DNA of 64,000 bases, from the UHGV virus genome UHGV-0090440, one strand, 5' to 3'. Source of the DNA: a virus. A model generated the notes under the pieces. It was not told where the DNA came from. It worked only from the letters and a program-made list of their open reading frames with translations, and did not search any database. Below are positions 26,474 through 35,990 of this stretch, piece after piece. The position numbers and the translations under genes are program-made. How positions within the stretch are numbered: position 1 is the stretch's first letter; each line of letters starts with the position of its first letter.

Positions 26474-27514
26474 ATGATGAGTATGAAGTCGATCGAGAAA
26501 GAGTACAAACGGTTCCTGCAAACCGCAGAACGGTGGAAAGAGCTGGTGGTCGCAAACTCTGTTTTCCATGATACCAGTTATGCTGGTGAGGAATTCCGCC
26601 ATGTTGCATTAACGCATGACCAAAACATATTAGAAGAAGCTGAAAAATGTCTTGCTGAATGGAAAGCCTTCGTTGACATGTGCCGCGATGCCGACGGCAA
26701 AGCGTCGAACATTGTTGAGTCCGTATATTCTCCGATCCCATTCATCATTGAGGACACCAATCAAAGCACGCATGTCGTTGTGCAAAGCGCTACAACAACA
26801 CGTGCATTTACACGTGAACAATTGCTAAAAAAATACGACAAAATCATAAAGAAAAGCCTGAAAAATAGGGTTTTTTCTCAAATCGTAGGTGCTCTTGAAG
26901 AAGAACAGCGCTTCTTTGAAGCTGAGCCTGAAGGCGAGATCTACCGGGCGCGTAAAGAGGCATATACAGATGTTGTGCTGACAACAAACATCGAAGGCAG
27001 TAATGCCCTTTCTCGCTTTAGAGTTGGCGCACATGGCGCATTGGTTTTCGCAAGACTACCGAAGACAACGATCCCCGTTGTCAATAATGTTGGTGAACGC
27101 CGGAGCATTACAATTTATTCTGGCGTCGAATCGGTACCTTGCAGCCTTCTCGGCGATTTTAACTTATATCGTGTTCGTGACCTGGAAAAACACCAGCCAA
27201 GCTACGTTGCGAAGTCGTATATCTTAAGGAACATCGATATTCGCAATGAAAGCCTTAAGCAGAAATCCGCTAAGATGCTGGAGGATGCCGATCCGGCTAT
27301 TCGCCATATCATTGAGCGTAAGATACGTACATCACGTGAAGCAATGGCAAGGCTGGATAAAATGGATCTGGAATTGTTAGACGTAATGATGGCCTCTGGA
27401 GACGACCTGACCGGCATTAAACTGAATGAAGCTCGTAAAAAATACGGCAAAGCAATCGAAGAACGTTACGGATACACATTCCCCCAAACGCAGTACGCCG
27501 CGAAGCTCTGGTAA
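26474..27514 (+). CDS. hypothetical protein divergent from dre (possible regulator; function unknown)
   Basis: 346-aa ORF with an operator-like motif directly upstream; no recognisable similarity to P1 C1. Confidence 0.4.
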   Translation: MMSMKSIEKEYKRFLQTAERWKELVVANSVFHDTSYAGEEFRHVALTHDQNILEEAEKCLAEWKAFVDMCRDADGKASNIVESVYSPIPFIIEDTNQSTHVVVQSATTTRAFTREQLLKKYDKIIKKSLKNRVFSQIVGALEEEQRFFEAEPEGEIYRARKEAYTDVVLTTNIEGSNALSRFRVGAHGALVFARLPKTTIPVVNNVGERRSITIYSGVESVPCSLLGDFNLYRVRDLEKHQPSYVAKSYILRNIDIRNESLKQKSAKMLEDADPAIRHIIERKIRTSREAMARLDKMDLELLDVMMASGDDLTGIKLNEARKKYGKAIEERYGYTFPQTQYAAKLW

Positions 27515-27523
27515 TCACAACCG

Positions 27524-27549
27524 GCCCCGCATCGCGGGGCTTTATATAT
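27524..27549 (+). terminator. rho-independent terminator
   Basis: ccccgc-atc-gcgggg hairpin followed by TTTATATAT; overlaps the pacB stop on the other strand. Confidence 0.45.
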
Positions 27550-29050
27550 CCAGATCCGGCATTTCGATATCCGCCAGAACCTGATCTCGGAAAGTTGCCA
27601 TTTCGGCACCAATATCTTCATTAGCAGGCACATAGTCCACCAGCATAGTGAAGCAGTAGGTATCCCATCGGTCAGGCGATTTGATGTTTAGCTTTTGCCG
27701 CATGTGCTCTTTGCGCATCATCGCCATTTTCCCTTCTTCATTCATTAAAAAGGGGATTTTTGACGCTTGCTCTGCCGTTTTAGGGTCACTGTCTATCCGC
27801 ATACGCCCTGACTTTATGGCATCACGCGCCATGATATTTGCGTAGGCACGCTGATTAACAAATCGCTCCCTGTCTTTGTTCGCAAACATGGGTTTTCCCC
27901 ACCGAATACGTACCGGGTTCGCACCACGACGCACCAACTGCGCACACGTATCAGAACCAAAACCATCAGCATCAACCGCGATTGTTATATTCGGGTATTT
28001 TTCCGGCGTACATTCGTTATATATGAAGTCAGCAAAGGCCAATGGGTCCATAGTGCCAGGCATCTCCATTACCTTAAAGTTAACAACGCGCCGCTTATCC
28101 CTGTGACCTGATACCTTGCAGATGTTGAGGACCGACTTATCTCGCCCATTACCAACGTCAGCCGTTGCCACCCATCCCCAGTTTTTCTCCAACAACACCT
28201 TGCGGCGAGCAGAGCGATCGCATTCATCACGACCAAGCAAATAGCCGTTAATTTCTCGTGGGAACTGACCAAGCACCTTGACCATGTACTCAATAGAATC
28301 GCGCCCGCCATATTCCAGAAGCTTCTCCTTGATGAATTGTGGTGTGACGAACGGTGATTCTTCCGAGTTAAGAACAATTGCTGTCCAGATCCCTTTCGGG
28401 TTGTCTGGGGTTTTTGCTCGAGAATGGTGCGAATCGTAGAAATAACCACTTGGCCTTGTTGGCTGGGATAGCATCAACATCCGGTTATCTTCTTCAGTAA
28501 GAGCACCGGTCATTACGCCGATCGCCTTATCAGATATACCAGATGCTTCATCCAGAATTAGAAGCAAATGTGCCGCGTGTTCCCCCGCCAGCGCTTCTTC
28601 GTTGCCGAGTCGATAACCTTTGCAGAGAACTTCCCAAATCCCCTTACGGGAGCGCTCATAAAACATGGTGTCAGAGAGGACAAAATAGGTCTGCAACCAC
28701 CCATGACGCTTAACTGCATTCGCCCAATACTGTTTAACGTATTTGAATACGCCTGTTTTTACCTGGCCTATCTTGTTAGCAACAATGATGACACGGGCAT
28801 CGGGGAACAGGATCATAAAAATCAACAGCAACATCGCGGTAAGGGACGACTTCCCCGTTCCGTGTCCGGACGTGACGGTAGTCCTACTCCCCGTTTCCTG
28901 TACGGACTGAATGATCTGCTGCTGCTGCGGGGAGGGGAACATCCCAAAAATATCGACAACAGCCTGGGTAAAGTTGTAGCGGTATTTGATTACCATATCG
29001 CGCCAGCGTGGATCTCTGGTGACGCATTTAACCTTGCGCCCGCCAGCCAT
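27542..29050 (-). CDS. pacB: terminase large subunit (PacB-like)
   Basis: 502 aa; Walker A-like TSGHGTGKSS and Walker B-like LLLILDEASG in the N-terminal ATPase half; sits directly downstream of a PacA-like gene with start/stop overlap. Confidence 0.7.
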   Translation of the reverse strand: MAGGRKVKCVTRDPRWRDMVIKYRYNFTQAVVDIFGMFPSPQQQQIIQSVQETGSRTTVTSGHGTGKSSLTAMLLLIFMILFPDARVIIVANKIGQVKTGVFKYVKQYWANAVKRHGWLQTYFVLSDTMFYERSRKGIWEVLCKGYRLGNEEALAGEHAAHLLLILDEASGISDKAIGVMTGALTEEDNRMLMLSQPTRPSGYFYDSHHSRAKTPDNPKGIWTAIVLNSEESPFVTPQFIKEKLLEYGGRDSIEYMVKVLGQFPREINGYLLGRDECDRSARRKVLLEKNWGWVATADVGNGRDKSVLNICKVSGHRDKRRVVNFKVMEMPGTMDPLAFADFIYNECTPEKYPNITIAVDADGFGSDTCAQLVRRGANPVRIRWGKPMFANKDRERFVNQRAYANIMARDAIKSGRMRIDSDPKTAEQASKIPFLMNEEGKMAMMRKEHMRQKLNIKSPDRWDTYCFTMLVDYVPANEDIGAEMATFRDQVLADIEMPDLDI

Positions 29051-30414
29051 TAATCATCCTCCGGCGGTTCTATCGCGATATCATCATCTCCGGCGTCATA
29101 CCCTGCATCAGATGCATCATAATCACCGTAAATTTCAGCCGTTGCCGAAGGGTCAATATCCAGCTCTTCGTCGTTGGCCTCGAATTCTCCAGCTTTACGC
29201 TCGCCATTGCGGTCATAATCTCCGCACCCCAATTCTTCAACAATGGTTGCCACATCCGCCCGGCGCTCTGCCAGCCATTGCGGATGGTTAGCCTGAAGCG
29301 TTGCAAACTCCCTTGCCTCTTTGTCCAGCTGTTCATCATCAACATCATTGACGTCAGAAACAGGTGGTTCGAGAAGAGTGATAGCTTTCGCCGCGCGCGC
29401 CGCGAGGATAGCCGGGACGCTGACCCCCTGGCGCTCGATGTATTCAGCAACACCGATATCATCCAGTTCCTCGCGCTCACGCATACGTATAGCGGCGGCG
29501 ATAACTCTGGCTGCGCGTGCGTCAGCGCCAATGCGATATTCAATCTCTTTGCCACGCTGTTCGGCCTGTAGGCGTGCTAATTCGAGTTTTTCTCTGGCCT
29601 CAGCCTCTTTGAATGCTTGCTGGCGAGCGCTCTGACGAAGCTTTTCATCCCCCTGTCGCAGCTTTTGTTCGGACTGATATATAGCTGCCAACCTACTGAT
29701 AAAATCATTCATGTAGTAGGCCGCGTCACTGATTAGACCGAGAAGGCGCTGCCCAGGGTGCATTCCTTCTGGCTCTTTATCGCCCAAGGTGTCTATTTCC
29801 GCCTGTAGACGTTCGGCCTCCTGATCAACAATGCTTTGATACTGAAGTGCGCGCTCTTGCGCCATTTGAATTGCTAACCGCAGGTGTTCTTCTGCGCCGT
29901 TCTTCATCATATCGCGAGCAACATTCGTAGTTGGCAATGTGGCACGCTGCACAGCACCGTCAGGGATCATTGCAGAAGATCCCTCAATTTTTGGGGCGCT
30001 TTTATCTTCTTCGGGGATCATTTTCGCCATTTTTTCGCGCAATGATCTCCTGACGGATTCTTTTATCTCATTGTTATTATTTGAATTATTTTCATGATCC
30101 GAAGTTTTCTTTCTCGGCATACTTCGGAAAGAACCTGCGCCCTGCGAATTGTCAATTTCTGTAAATTTTGTTTTTTCTGCACCCTCTTCCTGCTTTTTTG
30201 TTGCTCTTCCTGCCCGTTTTTTTTCAGGTGATTTGGTGCTTTTTTTTGTTGTCTTTACCTGCGACCGCACCTCATTTTTTTTCATATTGAGATGCTTTCT
30301 GGCTGTATTGAAGCTAAGGCCATGCTCCTCACAGTATTCCTTTACAGTGATCCCTTTTTCTTCACGCAACGCTATAAAGCGGGCGCGGTGCTCCTCCCAA
30401 TTAACCAGACTCAT
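29050..30414 (-). CDS. pacA: terminase small / pac-recognition subunit (PacA-like)
   Basis: N-terminal HTH-like region (ITVKEYCEEHGLSFNTARKHL), then a long charged region; positioned upstream of pacB as in P1. Confidence 0.55.
   Translation of the reverse strand: MSLVNWEEHRARFIALREEKGITVKEYCEEHGLSFNTARKHLNMKKNEVRSQVKTTKKSTKSPEKKRAGRATKKQEEGAEKTKFTEIDNSQGAGSFRSMPRKKTSDHENNSNNNNEIKESVRRSLREKMAKMIPEEDKSAPKIEGSSAMIPDGAVQRATLPTTNVARDMMKNGAEEHLRLAIQMAQERALQYQSIVDQEAERLQAEIDTLGDKEPEGMHPGQRLLGLISDAAYYMNDFISRLAAIYQSEQKLRQGDEKLRQSARQQAFKEAEAREKLELARLQAEQRGKEIEYRIGADARAARVIAAAIRMREREELDDIGVAEYIERQGVSVPAILAARAAKAITLLEPPVSDVNDVDDEQLDKEAREFATLQANHPQWLAERRADVATIVEELGCGDYDRNGERKAGEFEANDEELDIDPSATAEIYGDYDASDAGYDAGDDDIAIEPPEDD
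29964..30099. other. candidate pac site (GATC-hexamer cluster inside pacA)
   Basis: Five GATC sites within 136 bp (29964, 29978, 30016, 30044, 30096) embedded in TGATC/GGATC hexamers inside pacA. Confidence 0.3.
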
Positions 30415-30803
30415 AAAGCAACACCACGCTTTTTAACGGCGGCATTCCACAGCTTATTCGCCATGTCCACCAGCTCTCGTTGCTCTTTTCGCGCCTGTTC
30501 GACTGATTTCCTGCTACAGTTTTTAACCAGTAAACTGCCGTATTCAGGGGTTCGCCCACGCACCTTGAACTGATATCCGTTCAGGCCATGCAACCAGTAT
30601 TTTCGTGGGTAAACGCGATCATCAAGCTCACAGATTGCCCTGCTTGAACGAACAAAATGACGAATGATGTTAGTTACACTTACTCGTGAGACATGGAGAT
30701 GAGGGTATTTTTCTTTGGCGAGAATGGTAATTTCAGTGACTGTCAGATAGCAGTCAGCCCTAATCATGATATCCGCAATTTCTGCGCTGCTGATTTGTTC
30801 CAT
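30411..30803 (-). CDS. hypothetical protein upstream of pacA (position analogous to a late-gene regulator)
   Basis: 130-aa ORF, stop overlaps the pacA start. Confidence 0.3.
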   Translation of the reverse strand: MEQISSAEIADIMIRADCYLTVTEITILAKEKYPHLHVSRVSVTNIIRHFVRSSRAICELDDRVYPRKYWLHGLNGYQFKVRGRTPEYGSLLVKNCSRKSVEQARKEQRELVDMANKLWNAAVKKRGVAL

Positions 30804-30879
30804 TAATCCCCCGGGCAGGAAATGACCGAGGGGATGATAATGAGAATGTTAAAATTGTATAGACTGGCAAAAAGATGAT

Positions 30880-30911
30880 TGTATTAGAAAATTAATACTA
30901 AATATCTAACG
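30880..30911. promoter_or_regulatory. operator-like motif pair
   Basis: GTATTAGAAAATT ... ATATCTAACGC, upstream of the 30803 gene / pacA operon. Confidence 0.4.
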
Positions 30912-31304
30912 CTACCAGCGAGACAAACGAACAACATGTTTCACTTTTGCGATCCACTTTCCGCGACAACTATTGATTACGGCCTGTGCCAGCTTCAAAT
31001 TGGCTTCAAAATCAGCCTTACTACCATCAGACTCCACCAGCATTCCGCCATCTATTTCTGGTAAACATAGATAATCCTGCTCAACCTGCAGCGGCATTGA
31101 TGGCTCTCTGAATGGCGTTACTTGCTCTGCTTTCCAGCGAAAGCTAACCCTCATCCCCCTGGTGGTCATTACCAGATAGCCTGTTATAGTGCTTTTATGG
31201 CCCACATCAGTACGCGTGGCATTGCATGACACGATCTTACAGTTAGCGATAGACCACTCCATATTGGTGGCCTGTTGAGTGCTTAATTTGGTAGTCCCGT
31301 ACAT
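30912..31304 (-). CDS. hypothetical protein
   Basis: 130-aa ORF. Confidence 0.3.
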   Translation of the reverse strand: MYGTTKLSTQQATNMEWSIANCKIVSCNATRTDVGHKSTITGYLVMTTRGMRVSFRWKAEQVTPFREPSMPLQVEQDYLCLPEIDGGMLVESDGSKADFEANLKLAQAVINSCRGKWIAKVKHVVRLSRW

Positions 31305-31879
31305 CAGAAAGCCTCCCAGTCAGTCGCGATAATATCCACACCAGTTGCAAACCAGTCTGTCTGCGCCTGTAAATCACCATTCATCATTACCAGGCGAGGC
31401 ATCACCATCACATCGCACCCTTCCACAATATCGAATGCCTCTTCCGGCAAGAATTCGAAGAGCTTTTCTTTGCTGCCAATGCTGCCACGGAACATCGATA
31501 TATAGCTCCCTTTAGGCCATGATGTCCGCCGGGCATCAAGCCCTTTCATCATCCAGTAAAAAGCCGAGGAAAAAGGGATATTCTTTTTGCCAATGATTAC
31601 ATTATTCGCTTCTGTGTACTTCAGGAACTTAACTAACCTTACCATTGACTCGGATAACGCAACGTATGGCTCATGATTGATTGCTGACACGCTTACACCG
31701 TGCAATCCAACGCTTACCACTGTCATATCGCCGCTCTGTGCGGTTTCGATATTGACGCCTTTGCGAACTAATGAGGCGTAAAGTTCCTCTCGCTTTTGGG
31801 TCCAGCGTTCCCGCCTCCCTATGAAGTCACTCAAAATGAGATCTTCTTCTGCATATGCGTTATCGTTCGCCGTTAACAT
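31304..31879 (-). CDS. hypothetical protein
   Basis: 191-aa ORF; stop overlaps the next start. Confidence 0.35.
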   Translation of the reverse strand: MLTANDNAYAEEDLILSDFIGRRERWTQKREELYASLVRKGVNIETAQSGDMTVVSVGLHGVSVSAINHEPYVALSESMVRLVKFLKYTEANNVIIGKKNIPFSSAFYWMMKGLDARRTSWPKGSYISMFRGSIGSKEKLFEFLPEEAFDIVEGCDVMVMPRLVMMNGDLQAQTDWFATGVDIIATDWEAF

Positions 31880-32098
31880 AACGTCTCCTTTTTACACGCG
31901 CGACCATCTCTCGGTTAAACCGATAGAGATGTCGAAACTTCGTATTAATTAAGGGTTACAGCCTGAGCGGCTATATGATGAATTGAAAGGAGTTGTGGCG
32001 GTGGTGCCTCCACCTGCCAGGTTAGCCACTCCTGGCGACGTCACTTATCAGAACGTAGTGAATGAAAATGGCTTCGTCACGAGCGCATAGCCGCAATT

Positions 32099-32148
32099 AC
32101 CACAACGGAAACGGCGCTCGCGTTAATTAAACGCCTTTTCCTGTTGTG
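32099..32148. repeat. hairpin element U0 (CACAACGG ... CCTGTTGTG family)
   Basis: ccacaacggaaacggcg / cgccttttcctgttgtg arms; shares the conserved stem base of elements U1-U4. Confidence 0.4.
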
Positions 32149-32322
32149 CGCCGTACTCTTCCGGCTGTCACACCGAATCGCCAGGGTGGTGAGTCCTCGG
32201 TCCGACGATATGAACGGGGCTTGCACATTCCGGCTACCTGGTTTGTTGCCTGAGCTAGGGGAAAAGGTAACCCCTTTAACGTCACCAGACCGCTAACGAC
32301 GCATGTGCCATACGCCGTGTTA

Positions 32323-32398
32323 CAACCAAATATGGTGGCCCCTACCGGACTTGAACCGGTGACCGTGCGATTATGAGTCGCCAGCTCTAACCACTGAG
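32323..32398 (-). tRNA. trnI: tRNA-Ile (anticodon CAT, lysidine type) - could alternatively be Met
   Basis: 76-nt cloverleaf ending CCA; anticodon loop CTCATAA; close to E. coli ileX (GGCCCCTTAGCTCAGTGGTTAGAGCAGGCGACTCATAATCGC...) from memory. Confidence 0.7.
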
Positions 32399-32562
32399 CT
32401 AAAGGGCCAGATTACTGTTAATTCCGCTTACGCTTTTTGCCAGGACCGCGTAAGGCTTTTGCTGCTTGCTCGACCCCATATACAACCACCAGCAGAAATA
32501 AAAATGTCCACCAAGGGTTCTTATCGGCAAACGTCCAAAATTCCATCATGTTCTCTATTTGG

Positions 32563-33390
32563 TTATTTCACCGGAACAAACGGAACAGCGGTATTACTGG
32601 TCATATACTGCGGTAGCGTTCCGTTCCATTTGTTGATCGCTTCCAACTCCATAACGCCGGGGTTCTGGCGCAGAGCCTCACCGCGTAAACGAATGGCATC
32701 AGCTTCAGCCTGGGCTTTTGTGCGAATGGCATCGGCCTGTCCGGCAGCTTCTGCGCGCAGCATGTTGGCTTCTGCTTCGCGTTGCTTGACTTCCTGCTCG
32801 CGTTGCAGAGTTTTCTGGTTCGCCGTGACTTTGGCATTAATGCTGTCGATAACGGTTGGCGGGTACTCCGGCTTGCCCACATATGAGAGGCTCATTACCT
32901 GAATACCGATGGGCGTCATTTCTTCCTGGATGTCTTTAAGAGCTGCATCCAGTAGTTCAGACTTGCCACCGTCGATAAATTTGTCGGTGGTCATTTTGCT
33001 GGCCAGTCGGTTAAGTGCGTCGGCAATCTTCTGGCGCAGATCGGTGTCGGTAATGTCATCCACGCCTTTGCGGTAGGTCTGAAATACAGTTGTGACTTTT
33101 GCCGGATCAACCTTGTAAGCTACACCAATGTGGTAACCAATTGTTGTCCCGTCGCTCATTTGGAAGCTGAACGGATCATCATAGGTCTTCATTTGCTTAA
33201 AGGTCGGGAAGATATAAACTTCTGTGTTCCAGCCTGTCCAGTAGCGACCAACGCCAACTACTTCGCCGACACCTTTATCATCCCCCAGCTTATTTACTTT
33301 GATCCCTACATTGCCTGGTTCTACCCGGTCGCATCCGGTCAGACATAAAGAACCAAAAATAATCGCTGCACTAATCAACGTTTTTTTCAT
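32563..33390 (-). CDS. plp: SPFH/band-7 domain lipoprotein (Plp-like)
   Basis: Signal peptide with lipobox LTGC; SPFH-like core; coiled-coil C-terminal region (QREQEVKQREAEANMLRAEAAGQADA). Confidence 0.6.
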   Translation of the reverse strand: MKKTLISAAIIFGSLCLTGCDRVEPGNVGIKVNKLGDDKGVGEVVGVGRYWTGWNTEVYIFPTFKQMKTYDDPFSFQMSDGTTIGYHIGVAYKVDPAKVTTVFQTYRKGVDDITDTDLRQKIADALNRLASKMTTDKFIDGGKSELLDAALKDIQEEMTPIGIQVMSLSYVGKPEYPPTVIDSINAKVTANQKTLQREQEVKQREAEANMLRAEAAGQADAIRTKAQAEADAIRLRGEALRQNPGVMELEAINKWNGTLPQYMTSNTAVPFVPVK

Positions 33391-33607
33391 TAATCAATTT
33401 CCTGGTTTTTTCACGAAAAAAGACTACTGCAAAAGCCGGGTAAATGAGCGCGAGAAGGACTCCCAACAATACAAGTATTGTGCTGTCAGATGAGATCATA
33501 TTTGGCAAAAGCCAAACATACAGAACCAGTGACACAATCAAACAGAGGACGGCATAAATATATAGCCGCACCCATAGCGTTCGACATTTGTTCGGATTGT
33601 TCTGCAT
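33371..33607 (-). CDS. upl: small membrane protein upstream of plp (Upl-like)
   Basis: 78 aa with two hydrophobic helices; overlaps the plp start. Confidence 0.45.
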   Translation of the reverse strand: MQNNPNKCRTLWVRLYIYAVLCLIVSLVLYVWLLPNMISSDSTILVLLGVLLALIYPAFAVVFFREKTRKLINEKNVD

Positions 33608-33754
33608 CCTCTCACTCCATTATTCAACGAATAAAAAAGCTGCGGTGCCTGGTGCCTCCAGGTGACGTTAACCAGTTAACAATTAACGCCGGGATGTTTG
33701 ATTTAACCACTACGGAGGATTGTTTTAACTGTTCCGCGTGCGCTTAGCCGCATT

Positions 33755-33869
33755 CACCGCAATGGTAAGAGCACTTGGCTGGCTGGGCGGCGATGACGCC
33801 TGTACGCATTTGGTGATCCGGTTCTGCTTCCGGCATTCGCTTAATTAGCCAAATACTCTTAACGTTGCG
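33755..33869. repeat. long imperfect hairpin element U1
   Basis: Arms ccgcaatggtaagagcacttgg / ccaaatactcttaacgttgcg; abuts the 3' end of the tRNA-Ser-like gene. Confidence 0.4.
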
Positions 33870-33956
33870 CTGGCGGAGAGTAATGGAATCGAACCATCAT
33901 CGCTTGCGCAATGGGACGGTTTTCAAGACCGCTTGAGCACCATGCTCCCTACTCTC
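33870..33956 (-). tRNA. tRNA-Ser-like (anticodon TGA), class II, atypical D-arm
   Basis: Acceptor GGAGAGT/ACTCTCC with discriminator G and CCA; anticodon arm GCGGT-CTTGAAA-ACCGT nearly identical to E. coli tRNA-Ser(UGA); long variable arm; T-loop TTCGATT. The D-arm is short and irregular, so it may be a tRNA-like RNA or pseudogene. Confidence 0.4.
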
Positions 33957-34081
33957 CAATTGTTGTGGTTACCGGTACTGATCTCCGGCTTAGCGACCCC
34001 GGCTACTGACTGCATTGCAGTGTGTGAACTCGCCTCGTGTGTCGCTGGGGCATTTCTTTCCGCGCATCAGTCTGCGCATCA

Positions 34082-34158
34082 ACCACAACGGAAAGAGCAT
34101 TGGCTAACCAGGCTCGCCGACTCTTCACGATTATCGGCCCAATGCTCTTACCTGTTGT
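34082..34158. repeat. long imperfect hairpin element U2
   Basis: Arms ccacaacggaaagagcattgg / ccaatgctcttacctgttgtg (about 20 bp stem) around a 34-nt loop. Confidence 0.4.
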
Positions 34159-34340
34159 GCGCTCCGTTTCGTGGAGCTAACGGCGGGTGATCGGGCCGCA
34201 CCAGACTGGACTTATTTCAGCGTTATGCTCATGCCAGAGAATCAAACTGTGATGGTCGGTGCTGAACTCCGACACAGGGTTGTAGCAAGCCCCGCAAAGC
34301 GCGCACTACTGTAGTTGCGGCACATCAGCCTGTGCATTCA

Positions 34341-34435
34341 CCACAATGTTGAGAACACTGGTTGTCACGCTGCCTCGCGACCTTTATTCATAGATTGGGA
34401 TATGACCCCGTTACGCCAATGTTCTCAACGTTGTA
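34341..34435. repeat. long imperfect hairpin element U3
   Basis: Arms ccacaatgttgagaacactgg / ccaatgttctcaacgttgtag; stem differs from U2/U4 by compensatory changes. Confidence 0.4.
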
Positions 34436-34574
34436 GTGCCGGTTACGGTTCCGGCCAGGCTTCTTCCTCAACGGGGTGTTCTCCATACGGACTACCGTTT
34501 ATTGGTCGTTCCTGCGGTTTATGTTGTGAAGCCAGATGCTTATCTTCTGGTTGCTTCAAAGAGCTGCACTTCAT

Positions 34575-34661
34575 CACAACGGTAAGGGTACTTCGTAGGG
34601 ATTCGAACCCTCTGCCAAGCTCGGCGATCTCCGACGTCGCAAAATACCCTTACCTGTTGTG
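34575..34661 (-). ncRNA. hairpin element U4: long stem enclosing a tRNA-like T-arm (candidate small stable RNA)
   Basis: Arms cacaacggtaagggta / tacccttacctgttgtg; the loop on the minus strand contains AGGG-TTCGAAT-CCCT, a canonical T-arm. Lies directly 3' of tRNA-Thr on the same strand. Confidence 0.35.
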
Positions 34662-34662
34662 T

Positions 34663-34738
34663 TGGTGCCGGTTAACGGACTCGAACCGCTGACATCCTGC
34701 TTACAAGGCAGGCGCTCTACCAACTGAGCTAAACCGGC
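34663..34738 (-). tRNA. trnT: tRNA-Thr (anticodon TGT)
   Basis: 76-nt cloverleaf: acceptor GCCGGTT/AACCGGC, D-arm GCTC-AGTTGGTA-GAGC, anticodon loop CTTGTAA, T-loop TTCGAGT, 3' CCA. Confidence 0.75.
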
Positions 34739-34742
34739 AATT

Positions 34743-34829
34743 TGGTGGGGAGTGATGGAGTCGAACCACCCGAGTCGCAATGACAGTAGATTTACAGTCT
34801 ACCCCGCTGCCCCTACGGACTAACTCCCC
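34743..34829 (-). tRNA. tRNA-Tyr (anticodon GTA), class II
   Basis: Acceptor GGGGAGT/ACTCCCC, anticodon arm GTAGA-CTGTAAA-TCTAC (identical loop to E. coli tRNA-Tyr), long variable arm, T-loop TTCGACT, CCA end. Confidence 0.55.
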
Positions 34830-34834
34830 TAAAT

Positions 34835-34909
34835 TGGCGATGGTGGGTGGATTCGAACCACCGACCAGTTGGTTAACAGCCAACTGCTCTACCGCTGAGC
34901 TACACCATC
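34835..34909 (-). tRNA. trnA: tRNA-Asn (anticodon GTT)
   Basis: 75-nt cloverleaf: acceptor GATGGTG/CACCATC, D-arm GCTC-AGCGGTA-GAGC, anticodon arm GTTGG-CTGTTAA-CCAAC, T-arm GGTGG-TTCGAAT-CCACC, CCA. Confidence 0.75.
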
Positions 34910-35106
34910 ACTTGCCGGGTACGTCTCCGGCGAGGGCTTCCACCTCCGTATGCTTTTCGGCGCACCGCGCCCTGGCTGCAATTCGGTAACAGGGGATGCA
35001 TAACCCTGGCTTCCAGCGTGATTAGCGCCTTCAGCATGACGGGATATACCCGTTGCAAGACATTATCCCAGAAAGCCATTAACCAATGGCTGTTACGCGG
35101 GAGGGA

Positions 35107-35189
35107 CGTAACAGGTAAGGGCGCTGACCAGAAAGACCTGACCCTTCTCATTCATCTGGTTAATCACACCAGCGCCCTTGCCTGTTATG
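35107..35189. repeat. long hairpin element U5
   Basis: Arms cgtaacaggtaagggcgctg / cagcgcccttgcctgttatg (about 19 bp) around a 43-nt loop; shares the AACAGGTAAGGG core with U4. Confidence 0.35.
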
Positions 35190-35415
35190 CCTCCCCGTTC
35201 CCTAATACACAGACGGGGACACTCTGCGGTCGATTTTTTGACGGGGGACGACTCATACCCCGTGGCGTCAGGCTTCTTAGGCCGCTACCATCATCAGATC
35301 ATCGTTTGCATTTACTTTAATGGTCGGTTTCTAAACCGCCGCAAAGTCGCTAACCATGACGAAAACCCTAAAAAAGCCCACCCGAAGATGGGCAAATACG
35401 CTACGTATCACACAA

Positions 35416-35488
35416 GAAAGAAGCCGACTGCCTGAACTGGATTCACTTTCAAATGCCCGCTGAAAGGGATCACAAGTCGGCTTCTTTC
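35416..35488. repeat. long perfect hairpin (14-bp stem, 45-nt loop)
   Basis: gaaagaagccgact ... agtcggcttctttc. Confidence 0.35.
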
Positions 35489-35708
35489 TTGATGCGGCAC
35501 TCTCTCCGCCCGTCACCGCTCTGTCTCGGTTGTCGCGTTTGCCACGCCAGCCATAACGAGGTTTAAAGTCTTTGCACGTTCCCATCACTCGACTGCCGTC
35601 TGAGGCTGTTCGTTGCAGCGGGGGTGCCTCCCCCTGGGGATATCCCCGGCCTTACCCCATTCTTTCAAGACACAATGCAAGGCCACATCCGCATAGGTGC
35701 ATTACCGC

Positions 35709-35762
35709 AACATTAAGGAGGCATAGGGCGGTTACCTTTTGCCCTGAGTCTCCTTAATGTTG
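35709..35762. repeat. long perfect hairpin (13-bp stem with nested hairpin in loop)
   Basis: caacattaaggag ... ctccttaatgttg; the loop contains agggc...gccct. Confidence 0.35.
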
Positions 35763-35966
35763 AAGATGTGCATTGATGATTAGATGCAGCATGTACCGTT
35801 ACTCTCTGCCGGACCATCATCAATGAACACCTTAAAAAGACCTTCCGTGGCTCAACATGGACTGTCGTTTACTCCGCAAAGTGCTCTCTCTGAAACCACT
35901 TTCCGCACTAAACCTGCTGAATTTTGGCCTGCACGGTGCCAAAGCGTGCTCTTGCGTTACCATACT

Positions 35967-35977
35967 TTTCTAACGCT
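35967..35977. promoter_or_regulatory. operator-like motif TTTTCTAACGC
   Basis: Copy of the dispersed motif inside the ORF-free region. Confidence 0.3.
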
Positions 35978-35990
35978 TTAATTTGTTAAA

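Noticed and set aside
32323-34909. tRNA genes as a chromosomal integration site (att) marking a prophage boundary
   Set aside because: The tRNAs are embedded among phage genes on both sides, there is no lambda-type integrase nearby, and the element carries plasmid-prophage functions (Cre-like recombinase with lox-like site, phd/doc). The tRNAs are phage-encoded.
33700-35200. Possible CRISPR array (repeated units with variable sequence between them)
   Set aside because: The repeats are imperfect palindromes, not identical direct repeats; spacing is irregular (230-320 bp); no cas genes. Better explained as structured RNA elements among tRNAs.
32459-35757. Small ORFs in the tRNA/hairpin region (for example 32459-32902, 33933-34190, 34315-34692, 35018-35435)
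   Set aside because: They overlap tRNA genes or palindromic elements and are Cys/Arg/Ser-rich, as expected from translating GC-rich structured RNA; no RBS.
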